Shown piece by piece: positions 19,425-29,923 of a stretch of DNA of 64,000 nucleotides (positions are counted from its first letter, which is position 1; each line of letters begins with the position of its first letter). The position numbers were made by a program, and so were the translations under genes. This DNA is from an uncultured Gemmatimonadales bacterium (GTDB taxonomy: Bacteria > Gemmatimonadota > Gemmatimonadetes > Longimicrobiales > RSA9). Below the pieces are notes generated by a model. That model searched no databases and was not told the DNA's origin. It was given only the letters and a program-made list of their open reading frames with translations. The stretch lies in assembly GCA_963741945.1 (NCBI GenBank), contig CAVUKA010000003.1, positions 192,001 to 256,000 of the forward strand, in the 5' to 3' direction.

Positions 19425-21239
19425 TCAGCGCGCTTTCGAGCCGAGCCAGTCGCGCCTGAACCGCCGGACCTCGGGCGCCACCTCCCGCCCGGCGGCTTCG
19501 AAGCTGACGACGACGAGCGTCGGGTCCGGAGCCAGCTCCAACTCCGCCGTCTTGCGCATGCCCCGCTGCTCGAACATCAGGAGAACGCGGTCGCCCGGGG
19601 CGTGGGCAGCCAGAACGGCTTCGACGTCCGAAGCTGCGTTCACGGCGTGACCATCGAGACTGAGGAGCAGATCCCCCGCGGCCACGCCAGCCTGGTAGAG
19701 CGGCGTTCCCCTGGTGATCGGCTGGATGACGCGGGCGCCGCGGCCGTCGATACGGAGCGTGGGGTGTCCGATCCACGCCCGCTCGGGCTGCTCGGGCCGG
19801 AGCAGCAACCCCGCGGGCAGCAGCAGCTGCGCGTAGTCCATGACACCCCCGCTCTCCACGTACTGCCGGAAGTAGGCGCCGGCGAACGCGGAGTCGCCGC
19901 TCACCTCGGCCAGTGTGCGCTGCAGGTCGTCGCGCGTGTACGGGATCCCGGGTTTGCCGAAGCGCGTCCACAGCGCGCGCATGTAGGCATCCAGCGAGCT
20001 GTCGAAGCGCTCGCGCAGCGTGAGGTCCAGGCCGAGCCCCAGCACTTCGCCCCACGTGTAGTAGGAGATGAACGCGTTCGCCGCATCCATCTCGTCGATG
20101 TGCACCGCCGCGTCCACGAACGGCGCCATTTGACTCATCTGCACGGGGGAATGCACCGCGCGAGCCGGTGAGTTGATGACGGCGTCCAGTGCGCCGCCGA
20201 GGCTGGCCGCGTACTCGTCCAGGGAAGTGAAGCCGGCACGCGTGCGGACGAGCCCGTCGTAGTAGCTCGTGAAGCCCTCGCCGAGCCACAGGTTTCCGGA
20301 CATGTCCGCGCGCTCAAAGTCGAACGGCTCGATGGCCCGGTCCCGGATCCGCTCCATGTTCCAGGCGTGGAAGAACTCGTGGGCCAGCGTGCCCAGGTTC
20401 GCCATGGCGGAGGTGGAGAGGGGCCGTGTGCTGGAGATCAGGGTGGAGTTCCGGTGCTCCATTCCGTCGCCGTGGACCCACGGCAGGTAATCGGCGATGA
20501 ACGTGTACGTTCCGTAGTCGAAGGCGGGCAGCTCCCCGAACACCGCCCGCTCCTCCGCCACCACCGTGCGGGCCATGGCCGCGAACCGGTCCGCTTCCGC
20601 CGCGGTCCCCAGGTGATGGAGCGCGAGGCGGAACGTTTCCCCGTCCTGCTTCCACTCCCGGATGTCGTGGTCCGAGAGCTCTGTCGGCGAGTCCATCAGG
20701 TACTGCAGGTCGGGCGCCTCGAACGTGTTCGGCTCGTCCGTGGGCCGGAGCTGCGTCGCGACTTTCCACCCGTGGATCGGGCGGAACCGTACGCGGATCG
20801 GGGACGCGTGCTCGCCCCGAATGAACATGAACGCGGCGGGCATGTTGAAATGGGCGTGCGTGGAGTCCACACCGAGGTAGGTTCCGTCCGCGTGGTCACC
20901 GAAGACCGTATAGGTGAGTGCCATGGTGCCGTCGTGCCCCGATACGCGCCACTCGGAGGGCGTGATCCGCCGGATCGGCAACGTGTCCCCCGTCGCTCCC
21001 AGAGCCACGAGGTCGAAGACGTTCTTCGCGAAATCATGGATGGCGTAGCGGCCGGGCGAGCTGCGCGGCATGACCACGTTCACCGGTGTCCCGACCTCGA
21101 GATCGTGCACGGTCATGGTGATCCGGACCAGGTGGTGCGTCGCGTCCGGGAACGACACGTCATACTCCACCGGCGTCTGAGCCGCCGCCCGACCGGCCGC
21201 GACCCCCAGGCCCAGCACGACCATCAGCACTCGCTTCAT
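19425..21239 (-). CDS. M61 glycyl aminopeptidase with PDZ domain (secreted)
   Basis: Signal peptide, PGRY, DGMEH, AHEFFHAWN, LWLGEGFTSYY, C-terminal PDZ. Confidence 0.9.
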   Translation of the reverse strand: MKRVLMVVLGLGVAAGRAAAQTPVEYDVSFPDATHHLVRITMTVHDLEVGTPVNVVMPRSSPGRYAIHDFAKNVFDLVALGATGDTLPIRRITPSEWRVSGHDGTMALTYTVFGDHADGTYLGVDSTHAHFNMPAAFMFIRGEHASPIRVRFRPIHGWKVATQLRPTDEPNTFEAPDLQYLMDSPTELSDHDIREWKQDGETFRLALHHLGTAAEADRFAAMARTVVAEERAVFGELPAFDYGTYTFIADYLPWVHGDGMEHRNSTLISSTRPLSTSAMANLGTLAHEFFHAWNMERIRDRAIEPFDFERADMSGNLWLGEGFTSYYDGLVRTRAGFTSLDEYAASLGGALDAVINSPARAVHSPVQMSQMAPFVDAAVHIDEMDAANAFISYYTWGEVLGLGLDLTLRERFDSSLDAYMRALWTRFGKPGIPYTRDDLQRTLAEVSGDSAFAGAYFRQYVESGGVMDYAQLLLPAGLLLRPEQPERAWIGHPTLRIDGRGARVIQPITRGTPLYQAGVAAGDLLLSLDGHAVNAASDVEAVLAAHAPGDRVLLMFEQRGMRKTAELELAPDPTLVVVSFEAAGREVAPEVRRFRRDWLGSKAR

Positions 21240-22672
21240 CGATCCGTTCCTTTCGCACTGATCCCGCGCAACAGCTCGGCTGCGCGCTTCGGGTCGGCTT
21301 TCCCCTTCGAATGCGCCATCACGTATCCCATGAAGAACCCCACCAGCTGGATCTCCCCCGCTTCGAGCCGGGCCGCCTCCCGCGGATGTTCAGCGAGCGA
21401 CTCGGCCACCCACTGCGCCAGCTGTCGCTGGTCCGTCACCTGCGCCAGCCCTCGCTCGGCGATGATCTCGGGCGCCGTGCGCCCTGTTTCCGCCATCCGG
21501 CCGAAGACCACCCGCGCCATCGTGCTCGACACCGTCCCGTCGCCCACCAGCGATACCAGCTCTCCCAGCCGCGACGCCGGGATCGGGAAGTCGGTGATCG
21601 TGCCCCCGTTCTCGTTCAGCCATCCCAGCACGCCCGTCATCACCCAGTTGCTCGCCGCCTTGGCATCTCCGGCCACTACCGCCACCGCCTCGAAGTAGTC
21701 GGCCACGGCCGGGCTGGCCGTCAGAACTCCGGCGTCGTACCCGGGAAGTCCGTAGGCCCTCTCGAATCGCGCCTCGCGGGCGTCCGGGAGCTCGGGCAGC
21801 GATTCACGGATGGCCGTCACCTCGTCCGCGTCCACGCGCAGCGGAGGCAGGTCGGGGTCGGGGAAATACCGGTAGTCTCTGGAGGACTCCTTGGACCGCA
21901 TGGGACGCGCTTCCCCCGTCTCCCCATCCCACAGCAGCGTCTCGTGAACCACCCGCCTCCCTGCGTCGAGGATCGCGGCCTGCCGCCCGGCTTCGAACTC
22001 CAGCGCCCGCTCCACGGCCGCGAACGAGTTCATGTTCTTCACTTCCGTATGCGTGCCCAGGTCGCGGGTGCCCGCGCTGCGCAGCGACAGGTTGGCGTCC
22101 ACGCGCAGGCTCCCCTTCTCCATGTCGCAGTCGCTCACTTCCACGTACTGCAGCAGCCGCTTCAGCCGCGTCAGGAACAGCCGCGCTTGCGCGGGACCGG
22201 CCAGGTCCGGCTCCGTGACGATCTCGATCAGCGGAACGCCGGCCCGGTTCAGGTCGACGGCCGTGCGCCCGGGAAGGCGGTCGTGGAGTGATCTTCCCGC
22301 GTCCTCCTCCAGGTGAATCCGGCGGATGCGCACCTTCTCCCCGCCCGCGCGAAGCCAGCCGCCGGTAGCCAGCGGCCGATCGTACTGCGTGATCTGATAG
22401 CCCTTCGGCAGGTCGGGGTAGAAGTAGTTCTTGCGCGCGAACACGCTGTCTTCGTGAACATCGCACCCCAACGCCACGGCCGCGCGGACGGCGAGCTCGA
22501 CCGCCTTCCCGTTCGCCACGGGGAGCGCCCCCGGCAGACCGAGGCAGACCGGACAGACGCGGGTGTTCGGCTCACCACCGAACTGCGCGAGGTCGCCGCA
22601 GAACATCTTGGTCCGCGTGGCCAGCTGGACGTGGATCTCCAGGCCGATCACCGGATCGTAGGCGGCGCTCAC
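21236..22672 (-). CDS. gatB: Asp/Glu-tRNA amidotransferase subunit B
   Basis: IGLEIHVQL, FARKNYFYPDLPKGYQI, HLEEDAG, DYRYFPDPDL; GTG start overlaps the gatA stop. Confidence 0.96.
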   Translation of the reverse strand: MSAAYDPVIGLEIHVQLATRTKMFCGDLAQFGGEPNTRVCPVCLGLPGALPVANGKAVELAVRAAVALGCDVHEDSVFARKNYFYPDLPKGYQITQYDRPLATGGWLRAGGEKVRIRRIHLEEDAGRSLHDRLPGRTAVDLNRAGVPLIEIVTEPDLAGPAQARLFLTRLKRLLQYVEVSDCDMEKGSLRVDANLSLRSAGTRDLGTHTEVKNMNSFAAVERALEFEAGRQAAILDAGRRVVHETLLWDGETGEARPMRSKESSRDYRYFPDPDLPPLRVDADEVTAIRESLPELPDAREARFERAYGLPGYDAGVLTASPAVADYFEAVAVVAGDAKAASNWVMTGVLGWLNENGGTITDFPIPASRLGELVSLVGDGTVSSTMARVVFGRMAETGRTAPEIIAERGLAQVTDQRQLAQWVAESLAEHPREAARLEAGEIQLVGFFMGYVMAHSKGKADPKRAAELLRGISAKGTDR

Positions 22673-24084
22673 CGTCCTCCCTCCCCCAGCGCGCGCTCCA
22701 GCGCGCGCGCCACTCTCACCATGACCGGCTCCCCCCACCGCGGCGCGAGGATCTGCCCGCCCACCGGCAGCCCATCGACCCGGCCGATCGGCACGGACAT
22801 GCCGGGGATCATGGCCAGGTTCGCGGTCACCGTGAAGATGTCCGACAGGTACATGGCGTACGGGTCATCCGCCCGCTCGCCGAGCCGGAACGCCGGCGAC
22901 GGTGTGGTGGGCGTGAAGATCACGTCCACGCCCGACGCGAACGCTGCCTCGAAGTCCAGGGTGATGCGGCCGCGGACGCGCTGAGCCCGCGCGTAATACC
23001 GGTCGTGGTACCCGGCGGAAAGCGCGAACGTCCCCAGCATGATGCGCCGCTTCACTTCCGCACCGAATCCCGCTTCTCGCGTGGCGGCGTACACCTCCCG
23101 GGTCGACCGTGCCGGCGAGCGGAGCCCGAAGCGGATGCCATCGAACCGGGCCAGGTTGCTGGAGGCTTCGGCTGGCGCCAGGACGTAGTATGCGGGGATC
23201 GCGTATCGGGTGTGCGGCAGCGAGATGCGGCGCACGTCCGCGCCGGCGTCCGCAAGCGCATCCAGCGCGGTGGCGCAGCGCTCGCGGACGCCCGCGTCCA
23301 GTTCATCCGGGAAGTACTCGTCCGGCACACCCACGACGAGGCCGCGCACCCCACGGTCCAGCCGCCCCAGAAGGTCGGGCGCCGGCCGGTCGTCGCACGT
23401 GGAGTCCAGTGGGTCACGCCCCGCGACCACTTCCAGGAGCAGCGCCGCATCCTCCACCGTGCGGCCGAACGTGCCCACCTGGTCCATGGACGACGCGAAC
23501 GCCACCAGACCGTACCGACTCACCCGACCGTAGCCGGGCTTGATCCCCACGACACCGCAGAAGGCAGCCGGCTGGCGCACGGAGCCGCCCGTCTCGGAGC
23601 CCAGCGCCATCGGGACGATCCCGGCCGCGACTGCGGCCGCGGAGCCGCCGGAAGATCCGCCCGGCACGCGCGCGCGATCGTGCGGGTTGCGCGTGGGGCC
23701 GAACGCGGAGTGCTCCGTGGACGAGCCCATGGCGAATTCATCCATGTTCGTCTTGCCCGCAACCAGCGCCCCCGCTGCGCGCAGGCGGCGGACCACGGTT
23801 GCGTCGAAGGGCGATCGGTAGCCCTCGAGCATGCGCGAGGCGCAGGTAGTGGGGTGGTCCAGCGTCGCAAGGTTGTCCTTCACCCCGACCGGTACCCCGG
23901 CCAGGCGAGGAGCCCCCCGGCCCTCATCGCGCCCTCGCGCCAGCTCTTCCTCCAGTGCCACGGCACGCGCTCGGAGCGCTCGCGCGTCGTGGCTGAGGAA
24001 GGCGTGCAGCGCACCATCCTTCTCCGCGATGGCCGAGGACACACCCGCCGCCACGTCCACGGGCGACACGTGGCCCGCCGCCAC
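22669..24084 (-). CDS. gatA: Asp/Glu-tRNA amidotransferase subunit A (start uncertain)
   Basis: GVKDN, GKTNMDEFAMGSS, PGGSSGGSAA, GSETGGSVRQPA, EVKRRIMLG. Confidence 0.94.
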   Translation of the reverse strand: MAAGHVSPVDVAAGVSSAIAEKDGALHAFLSHDARALRARAVALEEELARGRDEGRGAPRLAGVPVGVKDNLATLDHPTTCASRMLEGYRSPFDATVVRRLRAAGALVAGKTNMDEFAMGSSTEHSAFGPTRNPHDRARVPGGSSGGSAAAVAAGIVPMALGSETGGSVRQPAAFCGVVGIKPGYGRVSRYGLVAFASSMDQVGTFGRTVEDAALLLEVVAGRDPLDSTCDDRPAPDLLGRLDRGVRGLVVGVPDEYFPDELDAGVRERCATALDALADAGADVRRISLPHTRYAIPAYYVLAPAEASSNLARFDGIRFGLRSPARSTREVYAATREAGFGAEVKRRIMLGTFALSAGYHDRYYARAQRVRGRITLDFEAAFASGVDVIFTPTTPSPAFRLGERADDPYAMYLSDIFTVTANLAMIPGMSVPIGRVDGLPVGGQILAPRWGEPVMVRVARALERALGEGGR

Positions 24085-24125
24085 TGCGGCGGCCAGCTCC
24101 GCGCCGTCCGGCCCCGGCCCGGCGA

Positions 24126-24464
24126 CTACGGGGCCACCTCCTCGTCGTCCGCCGCCTCTCCCTGGTGCGATGCCAGCCGAGGCACGGTGAAGAAGCCGTC
24201 CTCCCATCCGGGAGCGAAGTCCGCGGGGTCGATCGCGAGCGGCTCGCCGGCCGGGGAGTCCGGGCGCAGCGGGGCGTACGCGCGCACCTGCCCACCCGAT
24301 CCGTCGACCGCTGGCGGTGCGCTTCCGTGCTCAGCCTCTGCGAGCGCGTCGACGTGAGCCAGGATCCCGTTGAGATCCGCCGTCATACGGTCGACGTCCG
24401 CATCGCCCAGGCGCAACCGCGCCAGACTGGACACGTGCCGCACGTCCTCCCGCGTCACACCCAT
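24126..24464 (-). CDS. gatC: Asp/Glu-tRNA amidotransferase subunit C
   Basis: EDVRHVSSLARL, LRPD, GFFTVPR. Confidence 0.9.
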   Translation of the reverse strand: MGVTREDVRHVSSLARLRLGDADVDRMTADLNGILAHVDALAEAEHGSAPPAVDGSGGQVRAYAPLRPDSPAGEPLAIDPADFAPGWEDGFFTVPRLASHQGEAADDEEVAP

Positions 24465-26753
24465 TCAGAAGTCCTTCTGCAGGTTGGCATAGCGCACCAC
24501 CACCTTCTTTCGGCCAATGTCCTCGAACTCGATCACCGCTTTCAGGTCGCGGCCGAAGCCGGAGAGCTCACGGATCGTCCCGCGCCCGAACTGCGGGTGC
24601 CGCACCACCTCGCCCTTGATGAAGCGGGGCGCGTCCTGGCTTTCGCTGTAGTCGATGACGTAGCCGTCGTCGCCGAAGCTCTCGTCCCGCTCGCGATCGC
24701 GTCCGGCCGTCCGGCGACCGAACCCGGCGGAGCGCCGGCTCTGCCAGCCGGAGTATGCGCGTTCCTGCCGCTCCACCTGGGGCGTCTGCCGCCGATCTAC
24801 CAGCGCCTCCGGCAGTGGCTGGAGAAAGCTCGACGGGATGCAGCTCTGGGTTTCGCCCATGCGCCTGCGCGTCCGGGCATGGGTGAGACACACCGCGCAT
24901 TTCGCCCGCGTGATGCCCACGTAGAAGAGGCGACGCTCTTCCTCCAGCTCCGAGGGCTCGTCGTACGCGCGCGCCAGCGGGAAGAGTCCGTCCTCCAGGC
25001 CACTGATGAACACCACCGGGAACTCCAGCCCCTTGGCGGTGTGGAGCGTCATGAGCGTTGCCGCGTTCGCGGTCGGATCATGCCGATCCACGTCCGTGAT
25101 CAGCGATACTTCCTGGAGAAAGAGGTCCAGCGCGCTCGCCCCCTCAGGGAGCTCGTCCAGCTCGCGCAGCGACGGCAGCCGATCATCGAACTCGTACGCG
25201 CCCGCGATCAGCTCGCGTACGTTGTCCGCCCGGTCTTCCCCGTCGGGCCCCTCCTCCGCCAGCGCGGTGAAGATCCCGACATCGGCCACGATGTGCTCCA
25301 CCAGCGCACCGGCGCCCTGCGACGCAGTGCGGTCGCGGAAGCTGTCGATCGCCGCCGCGAAGCGCTCCAGCGACGCCGCGGCCGCCGCCGTCAGGGTCCC
25401 GATGGTGCCCGCGGTCCTCGCGGCTTCCAGCTGCGACACGCCCCGGCCGGCCGCCCACTCCCGCAGCCGCTCCTGGTTCACCGCACCGATTCCGCGCCTT
25501 GGGTAGTTGACCACGCGGTCGAACGCCTGCCCGTCCAGCGGATTGGAAACCAGCCGCAGGTAGGCGAGCACGTCCATGATCTCGCGCCTCTCGTAGAAGC
25601 GGGTGCCGCCCACGATGCGGTAGGGCAGGCTGCGCTCGACCAGCGCCCGCTCCAGCTCACGCGACTGCGCATTCGTCCGGTAGAGCAGCGCGAAGTCCCG
25701 GGGCGACCGCTCTCCGCTCGACGACATCCGGACCTCGATCTCCGACGCGATCCAGTCCGCCTCGTCCCGCTCGTCCGCCGCCTCCACCAGCGTGAGCCGC
25801 TCCCCTTCATCCGCGTCCGTCCGCAGTGTCTTCCCCTTGCGCCGCACGTTCTCCGCGATCACCGCGTTGGCTGCATCCAGGATCCGTTGCGTGGAGCGGT
25901 AGTTGCGCTCCAGCCGGATGACACGCGTGCCCGGGAACTGCGCCTCGAAATCCAGGATGTTGCTGACATCCGCGCCCCGCCAGCCGTAGATGGACTGATC
26001 GTCGTCGCCCACCACCATCAGGTTTGTGGGCTCGGCCGCCCGGCGCGCCAGCATCTCCACCAGGACGTACTGCGCGTGGTTCGTGTCCTGGTACTCGTCC
26101 ACCAGGACGAAATGAAAGCGCTCGCGATAGCGCTCCAACAGGTCCGGCTCCCCGCGGAGCAGCTCCACCGGCTTGACCAGGAGGTCGTCGAAGTCGAACG
26201 CGTTCTGCTCCTTCAGCGCCGCCTGGTAGGCCGGGTACACGGCCGCCACCACGCGAGAGAAGGCATCGGAGGCGAGCGCAGCGAAGTCCGTGGGGTCGAT
26301 GAGCCGGTTCTTCGCGTCCGAGACCGACGCGCGCACCGCTTTGGGGTGCCACTTCTTCTGTGGAATGCTCAGCCGATCCATGGTCCGCTTCACTTCTGCC
26401 AGCGACGCGTCCGCATCGTAGATCGTGAAGTTGGCGGACCAGCCCAGAATGGAGGCGTGGCGGCGCAGAAGACGGGCGCCGACGGAGTGGAACGTGCCGA
26501 TCCACATCCCCGCCGGCTCCCGCGCCAGGAGGTGCCGCACGCGCTCGCGCATCTCGGCCGCCGCCTTGTTCGTGAATGTGACGGCCAGGATCGAGCGCGC
26601 GTCCACGCCATGCTCCTGGATCAGGTGCGCCACGCGCGTGGTGAGCACCCGCGTTTTCCCGGACCCGGCCCCGGCCAGCACCAGGAGCGGCCCCTCGAAA
26701 TGCTCGACAGCCGCGCGCTGTTCCGGATTCAGAGACTCGAGCCAGGCCCTCAT
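24465..26753 (-). CDS. pcrA: UvrD/PcrA DNA helicase
   Basis: AGAGSGKT, DEYQDTN, GDDDQSIYGWRGA, TLHTAKGLEF, EEERRLFYVGITRA; C-terminal Tudor-like VRHPQFGRG. Confidence 0.95.
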   Translation of the reverse strand: MRAWLESLNPEQRAAVEHFEGPLLVLAGAGSGKTRVLTTRVAHLIQEHGVDARSILAVTFTNKAAAEMRERVRHLLAREPAGMWIGTFHSVGARLLRRHASILGWSANFTIYDADASLAEVKRTMDRLSIPQKKWHPKAVRASVSDAKNRLIDPTDFAALASDAFSRVVAAVYPAYQAALKEQNAFDFDDLLVKPVELLRGEPDLLERYRERFHFVLVDEYQDTNHAQYVLVEMLARRAAEPTNLMVVGDDDQSIYGWRGADVSNILDFEAQFPGTRVIRLERNYRSTQRILDAANAVIAENVRRKGKTLRTDADEGERLTLVEAADERDEADWIASEIEVRMSSSGERSPRDFALLYRTNAQSRELERALVERSLPYRIVGGTRFYERREIMDVLAYLRLVSNPLDGQAFDRVVNYPRRGIGAVNQERLREWAAGRGVSQLEAARTAGTIGTLTAAAAASLERFAAAIDSFRDRTASQGAGALVEHIVADVGIFTALAEEGPDGEDRADNVRELIAGAYEFDDRLPSLRELDELPEGASALDLFLQEVSLITDVDRHDPTANAATLMTLHTAKGLEFPVVFISGLEDGLFPLARAYDEPSELEEERRLFYVGITRAKCAVCLTHARTRRRMGETQSCIPSSFLQPLPEALVDRRQTPQVERQERAYSGWQSRRSAGFGRRTAGRDRERDESFGDDGYVIDYSESQDAPRFIKGEVVRHPQFGRGTIRELSGFGRDLKAVIEFEDIGRKKVVVRYANLQKDF

Positions 26754-26757
26754 CGGG

Positions 26758-27957
26758 TCACCCCCGCGGACGGCGACGCCACCCGCTCACCACGGGAATG
26801 CGGATCTCGAACCGCGCCCCTCCCGTCAGGCGCTCTCCGGCCCGGATCCGACCCGAATGGACGTCTTCCACGATCCGGCGCGCCAGCGACAGCCCGACGC
26901 CCCAGCCGCCCGGCTTGGTCGTGATCCCCGGCTCGAAGAGGCGATCGCGCACGCGCGAATCCACCCCCGGCCCGTCGTCCGCCACGAGGAAACGCACCCC
27001 GCCCTGGTAGCGGGACGCGCTCAGCCGGATCTTCCCGCCCCTGCCCGCCAGCGCGTCCAGCGAGTTCTTCACACAGTTCTCCAGCGCCCATACCAGCAAC
27101 ACCCGGTTCGCCTCCAGATCCGGGAGCCCGGGGGAAACACGCACCCTGAGCTCCACTCCCGGCTTCTCTTTCGGCAATCGCGGCCGGAGGTACTGCTCCA
27201 GCTCTTGCATCACGGATTCCGGTCGTACGGGCGAGAGCGCCGGTGGCTTTCCGATGAGCTCGAAGCGCCTGGAGACCCGCTCGAGTCGGTCCACGTCCGC
27301 CCCAAGCTCCCGTGCCAGCCGCCCATCCGTCACCAGCTGGGCTCGCTCCCCCGCCGGCAGCTGGAGCACTTCGTGCCACCCCTTCAGTGACGTGAGTGGC
27401 GTACCCATCTGATGCGCCAGCTCCCGGGCCATGGCGCTCCACATCCGCTCCCGCTCCGTGCGCAACGCACCGCGGACCACGACATACCCCACGAACAGCA
27501 GCAGCACCGCCCCGGCCACCTGGAGCGTTGCCGCCCACCGCAGCCGGTTGATGATCTCCGGACTGCCGAAATGCATCGAGCCGCGACCCACTTCCACGAT
27601 CGGCGGGTTCCGCGCGTCGAGCGTCTTCACGTATTCCAGCACACGCGCCCGGTCCGCCGGGTCGCCGAGATCCGCTTCGAACGGCAGATTGGCGGCCGCG
27701 TACGGCACGCCATCGGCGTTCACCGCCACGATGGGAACGCCCAGGTGGGTCAGCTCGCTCTGCAGGTCGGTGAGCGCGCGAAGCTCGGCACCCGGGTCGT
27801 CCGACAGGAGCCCCTGCTGGACCAGGGCATACATCCGCTTGTGGACTTCCGCTTCGACGCGGAACTCCCGCACCAGCTGCTCCGTGTAGAGCAGGTAGGA
27901 CCCGAGCACGGCGATCGCGAGCAGCGCAACGCCGGCCGGCCAGTGGCGGGCGGTCAT
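26758..27957 (-). CDS. Two-TM sensor histidine kinase (no adjacent response regulator)
   Basis: ELAHQMGTPL H-box, ENCVKNSLDA, DDGPG, GWGVGL. Confidence 0.88.
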   Translation of the reverse strand: MTARHWPAGVALLAIAVLGSYLLYTEQLVREFRVEAEVHKRMYALVQQGLLSDDPGAELRALTDLQSELTHLGVPIVAVNADGVPYAAANLPFEADLGDPADRARVLEYVKTLDARNPPIVEVGRGSMHFGSPEIINRLRWAATLQVAGAVLLLFVGYVVVRGALRTERERMWSAMARELAHQMGTPLTSLKGWHEVLQLPAGERAQLVTDGRLARELGADVDRLERVSRRFELIGKPPALSPVRPESVMQELEQYLRPRLPKEKPGVELRVRVSPGLPDLEANRVLLVWALENCVKNSLDALAGRGGKIRLSASRYQGGVRFLVADDGPGVDSRVRDRLFEPGITTKPGGWGVGLSLARRIVEDVHSGRIRAGERLTGGARFEIRIPVVSGWRRRPRG

Positions 27958-27972
27958 GGGAACCCCCGTGGA

Positions 27973-29250
27973 TCACGCGATCCGGTCGGTGCCGACGTAC
28001 TCGACCAGGACCTCGGGTACCTTCAGGCTGCCATCCGGCTGCTGATAGGTTTCAAGCAGTGCCACCATGGTGCGGGCGACGCCGAGCCCCGAGCCGTTCA
28101 GCGTGTGCACGTATTCCGGCTTCCCGCCCGGCGCCGGCCGGTAACGGATATCCGCTCGACGCGCCTGGTAGTCCGTATATGTGGAGCAGCTGGAGACTTC
28201 CAGCCACCGCTCGACGCCCGGAGACCACGCTTCCAGATCGTACGTCTTCGCGTTCGAGAAACCGAGGTCTCCCCCGGCCAGGAGCAGCACGCGATAGCGC
28301 AGCCCCAGCGCACGCAGGACCGACTCCGCGTGACCGGTCAGCTCCTCGAGCGCGGCCGGACTGTCCTCGGGCCGCTCGAAACGCATCATTTCCACCTTGT
28401 CGAACTGGTGGAGACGCAGCAACCCCCGCGTGTCCTTGCCCGCGGCACCCGCTTCGCGCCGGAAGCACGGGGTGTACGCGGCGTACCGGATCGGCAGCTG
28501 CGCCGCCCCGAGGATCTCGCCGGCGTGCATGTTGGTCAGCGGCAGCTCCGCGGTGGGCACCAGGTAGAGGTCGTCGCGCTCGGAATGGTACATGTCCTCG
28601 GCGAACTTCGGCAGGTGCCCGGTCCCCGTGGCGGCCGCCGCGTTCACCAGGAGCGGCGGCCACACTTCGGTGTATCCGTGCTCGCGCGTGTGAAGGTCCA
28701 CCATGAAATTGATGAGCGCGCGCTCCAGCCGCGCCCCCATGCCGGTGTAGAGCGGGAAACCGCTCCCCGCGATCTTCGCTCCACGGGCCAGATCGAGCAG
28801 CCCCAGCGATTCCCCCACGTCCCAGTGCGCGCGGCGCGCGAACGGCTCCGGCTCCTCACCCCACTCACGGAGCACGACATTCGCCGGCTCGCCGCCGGCG
28901 GGGACCTCCGGGTCCGGCGTGTTCGGGATCTCCAGCAGCACCGCGTTGAGCTCGTCGTCTATCGTGGCGAGGCGCTCCTCGCGCGCCGACAGCCGCTCGC
29001 CGAGCTCCCGCATCTCCAGAATGACGGACTGGGCTTCCTCGTGCCGCCCCTCCCGCTTGAGGTCCCCCACGCGCGGTGAAACCTCGTTCCGACGCGCGCG
29101 CATCGCGTCCACTTCCGCGACGAGCGCCCGCCGCTCCTCATCCAGCGACAACGCCCGGTCGACGCTCTCGGACAATGCCGGGTTCCCGCGCACGGCCAGC
29201 CGCTCCCGCACTGCCTCCGGCTCGTCCCGCAATCGCTTGATGTCGAGCAT
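27973..29250 (-). CDS. serS: Serine--tRNA ligase
   Basis: MLDIKRLR, LVPTAE, CFRREAG, RLHQFDKVE, EVSSCS, HTLNGSGL. Confidence 0.97.
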   Translation of the reverse strand: MLDIKRLRDEPEAVRERLAVRGNPALSESVDRALSLDEERRALVAEVDAMRARRNEVSPRVGDLKREGRHEEAQSVILEMRELGERLSAREERLATIDDELNAVLLEIPNTPDPEVPAGGEPANVVLREWGEEPEPFARRAHWDVGESLGLLDLARGAKIAGSGFPLYTGMGARLERALINFMVDLHTREHGYTEVWPPLLVNAAAATGTGHLPKFAEDMYHSERDDLYLVPTAELPLTNMHAGEILGAAQLPIRYAAYTPCFRREAGAAGKDTRGLLRLHQFDKVEMMRFERPEDSPAALEELTGHAESVLRALGLRYRVLLLAGGDLGFSNAKTYDLEAWSPGVERWLEVSSCSTYTDYQARRADIRYRPAPGGKPEYVHTLNGSGLGVARTMVALLETYQQPDGSLKVPEVLVEYVGTDRIA

Positions 29251-29261
29251 CTGGCCGCCGG

Positions 29262-29831
29262 CTACCCGTTGTTCGATGGGAGCAGGTCGCGGCGGTTGCA
29301 GAACGTGTTCGCCGCCACCCTCAGCTCCACTTCGCCCGTCGTCGCAATGTTCAGGACCTGGAACTTGCCGTAGTGGTTGCAGCCGGCGCGATCTCGCCGC
29401 GACTTGACCGCGTACAGCCAGCCCGTCCGGAGTGGCACGGCGGAATCCGTGACGTAGCCGTCCCTGGGCGCGAGCACCAGATCGTCCCAGCTGGTCCCGC
29501 TCGAGTCGACCGCGATCCCGGGTGCGATGTCGAAGTTCTGGAACATCCCCGAGGGGAGCGCCACGAAGGCGCCATCCAGCTCGCTCACCGCCATGTCGAA
29601 GCCGCGGGGGTCCAGCCGGGCCGTGGACTCCACGACGACGGCGGAGTACGAGATGAAGTCGTACGCCGAGGGGCGATCCAGCAGCTCGGGTCGCGCCAGC
29701 GAGTACAGCGACACCGTGTCCTCCGGGACCAGCCAGGTGTCCTGGTAGCCGTTGCACCCGTCCAGCGGGAGAATGGCGACGGCGCAAACGAGCGCCAGCG
29801 CCCCGATCATTACATTCCGTTCGTGCGTCAT
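29262..29831 (-). CDS. Putative lipoprotein, beta-rich
   Basis: Hydrophobic leader ending LDG-C; C-terminal 'YAVKS...YGKFQV' loosely like HmuY-type folds. Confidence 0.6.
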   Translation of the reverse strand: MTHERNVMIGALALVCAVAILPLDGCNGYQDTWLVPEDTVSLYSLARPELLDRPSAYDFISYSAVVVESTARLDPRGFDMAVSELDGAFVALPSGMFQNFDIAPGIAVDSSGTSWDDLVLAPRDGYVTDSAVPLRTGWLYAVKSRRDRAGCNHYGKFQVLNIATTGEVELRVAANTFCNRRDLLPSNNG

Positions 29832-29841
29832 AGGCGGGCGA

Positions 29842-29923
29842 AGGGTAAGGTTCGGACGATACCGATGTCAAGCTGCCATGCGGGTTTCCCGCGCTTGACA
29901 CGAGGCGGAGCCTGGTCCATGTT
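29842..29923. promoter_or_regulatory. Back-to-back divergent sigma70-like promoters
   Basis: Minus: TTGACA(29871-66)-N18-TACCCT(29847-42). Plus: TTGACA(29895-900)-N17-CATGTT(29918-23). Confidence 0.55.

Noticed and set aside
24084..24207. Possible frameshift at the gatC/gatA junction (no obvious gatA start next to the gatC stop)
   Set aside because: An in-frame GTG at 24084 gives a near full-length GatA; no slippery sequence seen
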